Source: an uncultured Verrucomicrobiota bacterium (GTDB lineage: Bacteria; Verrucomicrobiota; Verrucomicrobiia; Limisphaerales; UBA9464). From it: a stretch of 43,851 nt of DNA. The notes beneath the pieces are model-generated. The model was not told where the DNA came from, ran no database searches, and saw only the letters and a list, made by a program, of their open reading frames with translations. The stretch covers positions 1-43,851 of the forward strand of contig CAIOKD010000024.1 in the NCBI GenBank assembly GCA_903858835.1, given 5' to 3'. The position numbers and the translations under genes were made by a program. Shown in pieces: positions 28,732-36,993 of this stretch (position 1 is its first letter; the number at the start of each line of letters is the position of its first letter).

Positions 28732-31134
28732 ATGAGACACACTCTTGCTCTGGTGGCTGCATGGCTGTCGCTCTCAGGCATCCTGACGGCTCAACCCGCT
28801 CCCAAGCTGGATTCCGCCTCGGTCCAATGGCTCCAGCGTGGATCAACCCAGCAGGTCACCCTCAAAGGAGAAGCACTGAGCGGAATCACCGCAGTGCTCA
28901 TCAACAGCTCGGGGACGTACAGCTCCGGGATGTCCGCGACACCAGTGGCCCCGCCGACTCCGGCCGTCACTCTCGAAGGATCCGGAAACGGCCTGTCCAG
29001 CGCACCGGGGAATTCCGGTCAAGCCCTCACGCTCCGGTGTGTGGTTTCAGCCGACGCGGCCCTGGGTCCACGGGAACTCCGCGTCGCCGGTCCTGACGGT
29101 GTGTCGAACCCGCTCACCCTCGAAGTGAGCGACCTCCTCGAGATCACCGACCCCAGGACCAACAGCACCCGGGCGAGCGCCTTCTGGATGCCACTGCCCG
29201 CCGCCCTCTCCGGGGTGATCAACACCAACGCCGAGTCGGATTTCTTCCGGTTCAAGGCCCAAGCGGGCAAAACCCTGCTCTTCGATGTGCAGGCCAATCG
29301 CACCGGATCCCCTCTCGATGCCAACCTCATCCTGCGCGACCTGGACGGCAAGGAACTGCAGCGCAGCGAAGATGTCCACGGTCTCGACCCCTTCATCGAG
29401 TTCACCCCCAGCGCCGACGGAGAGTACCTCCTCGAACTCCACGACCTCCGATTCCAGGGTGGCGGCGACTACCGCTACCGTCTGGTCGCGGGGCGGGTGC
29501 CTTATCTGGAATCGCTCTTCCCCCTCGGCGGCAAGCGGGGTGGTTCGGTGGCGTTGCAGTGGATCGGCAAGAATCTGGAAGGCGTCGAGACGTTGCCGGT
29601 TCAAATCGCCGCGGGGGCGTCGCTCGGGCGTCAAGAGGTTCGGGCTCGGACGCCCCTGGGGTTTTCCAATCCCTTGGACTTCGAGGTGGGCGACCTGGAG
29701 GAATCCCTGGAGACCGAACCCAACAACACTCCCGACCAGGCCCAGAACCTGACCCTGCCCCGGGTCGTCAATGGGCGCATGGGTGCTGAAAAGGACGTGG
29801 ATACCTTCCGCTTCAAGGCCGCGGCTGACCAGAAGTGGGTCATCGAAGTCCGGGCTCGCTCTCTGGGATCCCGCCTCGACGCATTGCTCACCCTCTCCGA
29901 TACCAATGGAACGGTCCTTCAGCGCAACGACGACGCTTCGGGGCCGGATGCCCGCATCGAGTTCGATGCAAAAAAAGACACCGAATACCGGGTCGCCCTG
30001 CGCGACCTCACCCAGCGCGGGGGCGATCGCTTCGGCTACCGCATGAGTTTCGTGGCCCCCGATTCGAAGCCAGATTTCGGGGTCCGCACGACCGGGGGCC
30101 GATTCCGCGTCGCCCGAGGGGGGTCCGTCGCCATCCGGTGCGAGGTGGACCGACGCAATGGCTTCGATGGATTGGTTCGCGTCGAGCCCGAGGGGCTTCC
30201 ACCCGGCGTCTGGGCTCCGCCGCTGATCCTCGGCCCGGGCACGTCCGTCGGATGGTGGGTGATCTCGGCCAACGCCGACGCGCCTCTGGGTTACGCTACG
30301 CTCCAGGCCCGGGGTGTCGGCGACCACCAAGGCAGGCCCATCCACCGTTCCGTGCAATTCTCCGAGAGGGCGTGGATCACGGTCCTCCCGACGGTACCGT
30401 TCGATCTGAGCGTGGCACCGGCCAGCGTGACGGCCGAACAGAATGCCGCCACCGCCTTGGAAGTCCGAGTCAACCGACACGCCGATTTCGACGGGGAGGT
30501 GCGGATCCTGGCCGAAGACCTCCCGGGCGTCTCCATCCCCGCCGTCACGGTTCCGGCCGGTCAAGCCCGCACCCGACTCCCACTGCAAGTCGCCCAGAAC
30601 GGTGAGGCGGGAGTACGAATGGTCATGGTCCGAGCCGAAGCCACGGTGAAGGGACAAACCCTCTCCACCCATGCCCCGGCTCCGGTGCCGCTGACGGTGC
30701 AGCCCATCCCGATGTTCCTCACGGCCATGCTGCCGGGTTCGCCCTTCTTCCGCACCGACCCGGTCCGGTTGTCGGCGGTGGCGCTGCCCGAAGGCACCCG
30801 ATCCGAGGCCAACCAGACCCAATTCGTGGTCAAGGTCGACCGACGGGGGGTGTCCGGCGAGATCGAACTACGCCTGGAAGATCTCCCCAAGGGAGTGGAG
30901 GCTGGGATTTCGAACATCCCGACCAACAAGACCGAGGCGACCCTGCACCTGAAGGTTTCTCCCAAGGCCGAGACCGGCAAGGAGCATCAGTTCCGGGTCG
31001 TCGCCAGCGCCACCCACCAGGACCGCGTCTGGCGGCAGAAGACCCAACCCATCCACCTGACCCTCACCGCACCGGAACCCGAGGCTTCCGGGAGCGCCGC
31101 CCCCAAGAGTGCCGCCGACAAGGCAAAGCCATGA
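28732..31134 (+). CDS. Secreted protein with two pre-peptidase C-terminal (PPC) domains and Ig-like repeats
   Basis: Signal: MRHTLALVAAWLSLSGILTAQ. PPC-like unit 1: ESDFFRFKAQAGKTLLFDVQANRTGSPLDANLILRDLDGKELQRSEDVHGLDPFIEFTPSADGEYLLELHDLRFQGGGDYRYRL. PPC-like unit 2: DVDTFRFKAAADQKWVIEVRARSLGSRLDALLTLSDTNGTVLQRNDDASGPDARIEFDAKKDTEYRVALRDLTQRGGDRFGYRM. I see no catalytic domain. Confidence 0.75.
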   Translation: MRHTLALVAAWLSLSGILTAQPAPKLDSASVQWLQRGSTQQVTLKGEALSGITAVLINSSGTYSSGMSATPVAPPTPAVTLEGSGNGLSSAPGNSGQALTLRCVVSADAALGPRELRVAGPDGVSNPLTLEVSDLLEITDPRTNSTRASAFWMPLPAALSGVINTNAESDFFRFKAQAGKTLLFDVQANRTGSPLDANLILRDLDGKELQRSEDVHGLDPFIEFTPSADGEYLLELHDLRFQGGGDYRYRLVAGRVPYLESLFPLGGKRGGSVALQWIGKNLEGVETLPVQIAAGASLGRQEVRARTPLGFSNPLDFEVGDLEESLETEPNNTPDQAQNLTLPRVVNGRMGAEKDVDTFRFKAAADQKWVIEVRARSLGSRLDALLTLSDTNGTVLQRNDDASGPDARIEFDAKKDTEYRVALRDLTQRGGDRFGYRMSFVAPDSKPDFGVRTTGGRFRVARGGSVAIRCEVDRRNGFDGLVRVEPEGLPPGVWAPPLILGPGTSVGWWVISANADAPLGYATLQARGVGDHQGRPIHRSVQFSERAWITVLPTVPFDLSVAPASVTAEQNAATALEVRVNRHADFDGEVRILAEDLPGVSIPAVTVPAGQARTRLPLQVAQNGEAGVRMVMVRAEATVKGQTLSTHAPAPVPLTVQPIPMFLTAMLPGSPFFRTDPVRLSAVALPEGTRSEANQTQFVVKVDRRGVSGEIELRLEDLPKGVEAGISNIPTNKTEATLHLKVSPKAETGKEHQFRVVASATHQDRVWRQKTQPIHLTLTAPEPEASGSAAPKSAADKAKP

Positions 31135-32546
31135 TCCCTCCTCTTCCTCGCCTTCTGCGTCCCCAAGGCCGCATCGCCCTCGCCGGCCTTCTCCTGTCCG
31201 GCGCCCTGGGCTCCGGACTGCTTGCCCCGGCCTCCATCGCCGCCGCCGATGCTCCCGTCTCGTGGTGGCGCGACGTGACGCCCCTCTTCAAGCGCTCGTG
31301 CAACGGGTGCCACAATCCGAACAAGATGAAGGGCGAGGTCGACACCTCGACGTTCGCCGGCCTGATGAAGCCCGGAAAGCAGGGCCCGAACCTGGTGGTG
31401 GGCGATCCCGACAAGTCCCTCTTGGTCTCCTCCATCTCGGGCAAGGAACCCGACATGCCCAAGGAGGGCGACTCCCTGTCGGCGGCCGAGGTGGCGCTCA
31501 TCGCCCGCTGGATCCGGGAAGGGGCCAAAGATGACACGCCCGCCGACGCCTATTCGACCCGCCTCAAGGAGCCGCCCACCTATGCCCTGCCCCCGGTGAT
31601 CAGCGCACTCGACGTGTCCCCGGACGGCCGGAGCATCGCCGTGGCCGGCTACCATGAGGTCCTGCTCATTGACGCGGGAACCTGGGCGCTGGCCGGCCGT
31701 CTGTTGGGCGAATCGCCGCGCATCGAATCGGTGGCGTTCTCGCCGGATGGGAAATCTCTCGGAGTCAGCGGCGGAGCCCCGGCCCGATTCGGCGAGATCC
31801 AGGTCTGGAACCCGGTCGAGGCACGACAGGTCCGATCCCTTCGCCTCACCGGCGACTCGCTGTTCGGTCTGTCCTGGTCTCCCGACGGCACCCGGATCGC
31901 GACCGGGGGTGCCGACAAGAGCGTCCGTGTCACGCGGGTTTCCGACGGGGGCGAACTCGTCAAGTTCGACAACCATGGCGACTGGGTCTTCCGCACCGCG
32001 TGGCTCACCGATGGTACCCGTCTCCTGAGCGCCAGCCGCGACCGGGCGATGAAGCTCATCGATGCGTCCAATGGGCAATTCATCGATGACGTCAACAAAC
32101 TGCTCGAACCCATCGCCAGCATGGCCCGTCATCCCCGCGAGGAGTGGGCGGCCTACGGCGGTGCCGAGGGCGGGCTGCGGGTCTACCGGGCCAAGGAGAA
32201 CCAGGATCGCACCGCGGGCAACAACGACGTGAACCTGGTCCGGGAATTCGAGCGCCAGCCCGGACCGGTGCACGGGGTCGCCTTCAGCCCCGACGGTACG
32301 CTGCTGGCGGCGGGAAGCACGGGCTCCGAGGTGCGCGTCTACGAGACCGCCTCTGGAAAGCGGGCGGCCACGCTCAAGGGTCACGGCGGACCGGTCTTCA
32401 CCCTGCGATTCTCCCCCGATGGCCGGCGGCTCTACACGGCCGGCTTCGAGGGCATCCTCCGAGTTTTCAATCCGGCCACGGGAAGCCTGGAGGCGATCCT
32501 CTACCCGGTGCCGATCACCCCGTCCCGCCAGACGGCCGGACGGTGA
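31131..32546 (+). CDS. Secreted PSCyt1 (Planctomycete cytochrome c) - WD40 beta-propeller protein
   Basis: The ATG overlaps the upstream stop (ATGA, 31131-31134). Signal: IALAGLLLSGALGSGLLAPASIAAA. PSCyt1: FKRSCNGCHNPNKMKGEVD...VVGDPDKSLLVSSISGKEPDMPKEGDSLSAAEVALIARWIREGA. WD40 repeats: VAFSPDGKSLGVSGG, LSWSPDGTRIATGGADKSVRV, VAFSPDGTLLAAGSTGSEVRVY, LRFSPDGRRLYTAGFEGILRVF. Confidence 0.85.
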   Translation: MIPPLPRLLRPQGRIALAGLLLSGALGSGLLAPASIAAADAPVSWWRDVTPLFKRSCNGCHNPNKMKGEVDTSTFAGLMKPGKQGPNLVVGDPDKSLLVSSISGKEPDMPKEGDSLSAAEVALIARWIREGAKDDTPADAYSTRLKEPPTYALPPVISALDVSPDGRSIAVAGYHEVLLIDAGTWALAGRLLGESPRIESVAFSPDGKSLGVSGGAPARFGEIQVWNPVEARQVRSLRLTGDSLFGLSWSPDGTRIATGGADKSVRVTRVSDGGELVKFDNHGDWVFRTAWLTDGTRLLSASRDRAMKLIDASNGQFIDDVNKLLEPIASMARHPREEWAAYGGAEGGLRVYRAKENQDRTAGNNDVNLVREFERQPGPVHGVAFSPDGTLLAAGSTGSEVRVYETASGKRAATLKGHGGPVFTLRFSPDGRRLYTAGFEGILRVFNPATGSLEAILYPVPITPSRQTAGR

Positions 32547-32575
32547 TGGCCGGGCGGTGATCCGAGGTCGTGGAA

Positions 32576-32592
32576 CCCGGGCCTCACCCGGG
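32576..32592. terminator. Weak GC hairpin between convergent genes
   Basis: CCCGGG (32576-32581), loop CCTCA, CCCGGG (32587-32592). No flanking T or A run, so intrinsic-terminator function is doubtful. Confidence 0.25.
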
Positions 32593-32602
32593 GACCGGAA
32601 CC

Positions 32603-33538
32603 TCACTTCATCGGCACGCCCAGTTCCGACCGACCGTTGGTGGTCAGTATCTGGAAATGGTGCACCCCGGCCGCCAGCGGGTGATCGCTGGTCCAGACGA
32701 TCTTCCGGTCCCGGTTCAGCTCCACCATCGAGATGCCCTGGTTGGCCGCATGGCTGCCGACCACCGTGTTGCCGTTGGCCAACCGCTGCGATCCGCAGGG
32801 ATCCTTGAAGAGTCCGCCGACATCCTCGTTGGTGACCTTCCAGACGATCTGTCCCGACGGGGCGAACTCGGCCACCTTGTTGCCGTGGGTCAACGAGACC
32901 AGCGTGTTGCCGTTGTCGAGCCGGATGGCGGTGAACGGCCAATTCTCGGCCGGCCGACCGCCCAATTCGGCCAGATCGGTGCGCAGCGTGGCCACCACCC
33001 GGCCGTCCGGCGTGTACTCCTTCACCGCGAAGGCAAGGAGGTGCGGGACCAGGTAGTTGCCGTTCTTCAACTGCCGGGCCATGCGGGTCTGCATGTGGGC
33101 GTTGTCGGTCTCCGGCTGGAGCGGCGTCTCGTGGACGATCGCCCCCCGCCCGTCCACCTCCAGCAACCGGGGCCGCTGGCCGAGTTCGGTCACCAGCGTG
33201 TTGCCGTTGTAGAGGCGCTGCACGGTGCCGATCTCGGCATTGTCGGGATTGCGGGTGTAGGAGAACACCACCTGCTTGGCCGGGGTGACCTCCTCGACCC
33301 GGTCCGACCACGCCAGCAGCGCGTTGCCGTTGGGCAGCACAAACCCGTCGCGGGTTCCGCCCCGGTACTCCCAGCGGGTCGCACCGTCCTCGCCGATGAT
33401 CGCCGTCTTGGCGCCCATCACCAGGTAGGAGTGCCGGATGGAGGACGCAGCCTTGTCATCGGCCATTCCGACGGAGGCGGTGGCAAGGACGAGGATCCAG
33501 GCGGTGCTGGAAACAACGAGAGAACCGGAAGCGTTCAT
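32603..33538 (-). CDS. Secreted beta-propeller protein (repeated NGN-T/A-L-V blades; PQQ-like or arylsulfotransferase-like fold, family uncertain)
   Basis: ATG at 33538 gives the signal MNASGSLVVSSTAWILVLATASVGMA. Five evenly spaced blade signatures: LPNGNALLAW, LYNGNTLVTE, LKNGNYLVPH, LDNGNTLVSL, LANGNTVVGS. I reject the ORF-track extension to 34003 because it overlaps the divergent gene. Confidence 0.7.
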   Translation of the reverse strand: MNASGSLVVSSTAWILVLATASVGMADDKAASSIRHSYLVMGAKTAIIGEDGATRWEYRGGTRDGFVLPNGNALLAWSDRVEEVTPAKQVVFSYTRNPDNAEIGTVQRLYNGNTLVTELGQRPRLLEVDGRGAIVHETPLQPETDNAHMQTRMARQLKNGNYLVPHLLAFAVKEYTPDGRVVATLRTDLAELGGRPAENWPFTAIRLDNGNTLVSLTHGNKVAEFAPSGQIVWKVTNEDVGGLFKDPCGSQRLANGNTVVGSHAANQGISMVELNRDRKIVWTSDHPLAAGVHHFQILTTNGRSELGVPMK

Positions 33539-33684
33539 GGGAATCTGGGAACAGGATCCGCTGCCGGACGCGGGTTCCCAAGGCAAAAATGGGGCGAAGA
33601 TCGGGCCCCTCGCGGGGTCATTCCGAACCAGAAAGACCTCCCCGGCGGACCGTCTCGTCCCTAGACTCTGGTGCATTGGCCCGG

Positions 33685-36600
33685 ATGAAACTCTTCCCAC
33701 TGCTCGCACTGCTCCCCCTGTCCGTCGTCGGGGTCTTGGCGCAAAGCCCCTCGACCGATCCCGCGGTCGGACTCGAGTTCTTCGAGCAACGCATCCGCCC
33801 GGTGCTCGTGGAATACTGCCACGAGTGCCACAGCGCCTCGGCAACGAAGGTGCAGGGAGGCTTGAGGGTGGACTCCCGAGCGGCCCTCCTCGCCGGCGGC
33901 GACTCCGGCCCGGCCCTGGTTCCCGGGAAACCGGACGCCAGCCTGCTGATCCGCGCCGTGGACCACGTCGAACGAGGACTGGCCATGCCTTCAAAACGGG
34001 CACGATTGCCCGAACCGGTGCGGCAGGATCTGCGGCGCTGGGTGGCGGCAGGAGCCGTCTGGCCCGGCGGCCAAACCCCGGAAACCACGGAAGCCCCGAC
34101 CAAGGATCGGTTCAATCTCGAGGAGCGTCGAAAGGCCCAGGCATGGCTTTGGGAACCGCCACGCCGCCAGGCCATCCCCACGATCCGTCGCACGCAGTGG
34201 GCCAAGGATCCCGTCGATCATTTCATCCTGAACCCGCTCGAGGAGCGGTGGCTCCGCCCGGCGGAACCCGTCGAGGACGCGGTCTGGTTCCGCCGCGCCA
34301 GTGCCGCCGTCACAGGGCTGCCCCCGAGCCCTGAGGAACGCCAGCGACTGGAGGCGGAGGCCGGGCCCGCCGCACGGGAGCAGGCGGTCGATCGGCTCCT
34401 GGCCTCGCCGCATTTCGGGGAGCGCTGGGCGCGCCACTGGATGGACCTGATGCGGTATGCCGAATCCCGCGGCCACGAATCCGACTTCGCCATCGCCAAC
34501 GCCTGGCAGTACCGCGATTACCTCGTGCGGGCCTTCAACGACGATGTGCCCTACGACCGGTTCCTTCAGGAGCACCTCGCCGGGGACCTGCTCCGACCGC
34601 CCCGTCTGCGACCGGGCACCGACCACAACGAGTCCGTGCTGGGCACCGGTTGGGCATTCCTCGGCGAGGAGGTGCATTCGCCGGTGGACATCCGTCAGGA
34701 CGAGTGCGACCGGATCGACAACAAGATCGACGTCTTCACCAAGTCCTTCCTCGGCCTGACCGTGGCCTGTGCCCGCTGCCACGACCACAAGTTCGACCCC
34801 ATCCGAAGCCAGGACTACTACGCGCTGTCCGGGTTCATCCTGGGCTCGAGCTACCGGCAGGTGCGCTTCGAGGCCATGGAGAACAACCGCCGCATGGCGC
34901 AGGAACTCCAGCAACTCCGCGGCCGGCACCTCCCGCTCTTGACTCAGCGCGCGGGAGCCGTGCTTCGGCCCGCCGCCCAGCGTCTGGCATCGACGGTGAA
35001 CCAAGCGTTGGAGGGCAAACCCACGACCCACGAGACCTCAGCCTGGGTCGCGGAACTGCAACGGGCCGGGACCAACCGGCAGCACCTGCTGCACCCGCTG
35101 GTCCAACCCGAGGCCCGCACCGGGACACCCTCGGCCACGGACGGAGATCCGTTCCCCGCCCGGCGGATCATCGCCGATTTCACCCGAGCCCATGCCCAAC
35201 CGTGGAAGGCCGATGGCGAGGCCTTCGGATCGGGTCCCCTGCCGCCGGGAACCCTGGTGGCGGGACTCACCGAAGGACTCCCCGTCCTCCGCGTCGTGGA
35301 CCTCGGTGCGGCCCGGCGCGACGCCTTCTGGAACCGCCTCTCCAACACCCCGGGCAACGAGAACGACTCCGGCCGCATCGGATCGGCCGCCCGTGCCGGC
35401 CGCATGCTCCGCACCCCCACGGTCACCCTGCGATCGGGTCGACTGCACTACCTCATGCGTGGCCGCGCCAAGGTCTTCGCCTCCGTCGATTCGCACCTGA
35501 TGGTCGAGGGACCGCTTCATGGAGCGCTGAACCAGACCTTCGACACGGGCGATTCGCTGGAGCCCAAATGGGTCACCCACGGGCTCGAAGCGTATTCCGG
35601 CCATCGGGCCCACCTCGAGTTCGGCCCCGATGGGGATCGGGAGCTCGAGATCCTGCAGGTGGTGGAATCGGAGACGGTCCCGACCTGGCAACCCGTGCCC
35701 CTGGTGGCCGGAGCCCGCCGCGACACTCCGGTGAAGGACCTGTTGGACGCGCTCCAGCAGCGCGCACTCGAGGCTTGCGACTGGCTCGAGGGCCGCGGCA
35801 CGAACACGCCGTCGACAGCGGTCCTCCGTTGGACCGACTGGTGGCTGCAACACCCGGAACTCTCGGGCCTGGCAAGCGACAACGAGTACCGGGAACTCGC
35901 ACGTCGGTTCCTCCAGGACCAGGAGGCCCTGGCCGGCAAGGTGGTCTGGCAGTCCCGCACCGCCGTCGCCTGGATGGACGGGACCGGGGGTCGACGAACA
36001 CGTCCTCGTGAGAGGAAAGCCCTTCAAGTCGGGAGTGCTCGCCCCACGCAGCCTCCCGGTGGCCTTCTCGGCAGCGCACCCGATCCAACCGGCCGACTCC
36101 AGCGGCCGCCTCGAACTCGCGCGGCAATTGGCCGACCCGTCCAACCCGCTGGTCGCCCGGGTCTGGGTCAATCGTGTCTGGCACCACCTCTTTGGCCGCG
36201 GCCTGGTGCCCACCGTGGACAACTTCGGGGCCCTCGGCGAACGCCCCACTCATCCCGAATTGCTGGATCATCTGGCCTGGCAATTCGTCCATGTCGACCG
36301 CTGGTCGACCAAGCGCCTCATCCGACGATTGCTGCTGACCCAGACCTACGCCATGGGCAGTCGCGACAGCGACACGCGGGCGCCCGAACTGGACCCGGCC
36401 AACCAATGGTGGCACCGCATGCCCGTCCGCCGTCTCGAGGCCGAGGCGATCCACGATGCACTGCTGGCGGTCTCGGGCCGACTCGACCCCGCCCTCGGCG
36501 GCCCTCCGGTGCCGGTCCACCTCACCGAGTTCGTGATCGGCCGCGGTCGCCCCGACCAGAGCGGCCCCCTCGACGGCAACGGGCGCCGGAGCCTCTACAC

Positions 36601-36991
36601 GGCCCTCCGGCGAAACTTCCTGCCGACCACCCTCCAGGCTTTCGACTTCCCCACCCCGTTCAGCACGGTGGGGCGCCGCAACGTCACCAACGTCCCGGCC
36701 CAGTCGCTGGCGGTGATGAACGACCCCTTCTTCCACCAGCAGGCCGAACTCTGGGCCCGGCGCCTCCTGAGGGAGCATCCACAGGCAGACCTTCCGACCC
36801 GCGTCCGTGCCCTGTTCCTCCAAGCCTACCATCGGTCGCCGACACCGGCCGAACTCGAGGCCTGCCGGGCGACCTTGGCCGAACTTCATGCCTTCCATGC
36901 ATCGGAACCCGGCGGCTCCTCGGAGATCGGGCCCTGGATCGATTTCTGCCACGCGCTCCTGAACGCCAACGAGTTCATCTACCTGCCCTGA
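33685..36991 (+). pseudogene. PSCyt1 / DUF1549 (PSCyt2) / DUF1553 (PSD1) protein gene interrupted by a 1-nt frameshift (or an assembly indel)
   Basis: Frame A (33685 to ~35988):
- signal MKLFPLLALLPLSVVGVLAQ
- PSCyt1: FFEQRIRPVLVEYCHECHS...PGKPDASLLIRAV
- DUF1549: RRASAAVTGLPPSPEE...LLASPHFGERWARHWMDLMRYAESRGHE, and FLGLTVACARCHDHKFDPIRSQDYY
Frame B (~35987 to 36991):
- DUF1553: RLELARQLADPSNPLVARVWVNRVWHHLFGRGLV...HPELLDHLA...NVPAQSLAVMNDPFF...DFCHALLNANEFIYLP
The junction is at GGGGG 35986-35990. Deleting one G gives the continuous family-like sequence WMDGTGVDEHVLVRGKPFKSG. Confidence 0.8.
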
Positions 36992-36993
36992 CC

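Noticed and set aside
33539-34003. An N-terminal 155-residue extension of the beta-propeller ORF
   Set aside because: It is Arg/Pro/Gly-rich and overlaps the start of the divergent PSCyt gene. A canonical signal peptide begins at the internal ATG at 33538.
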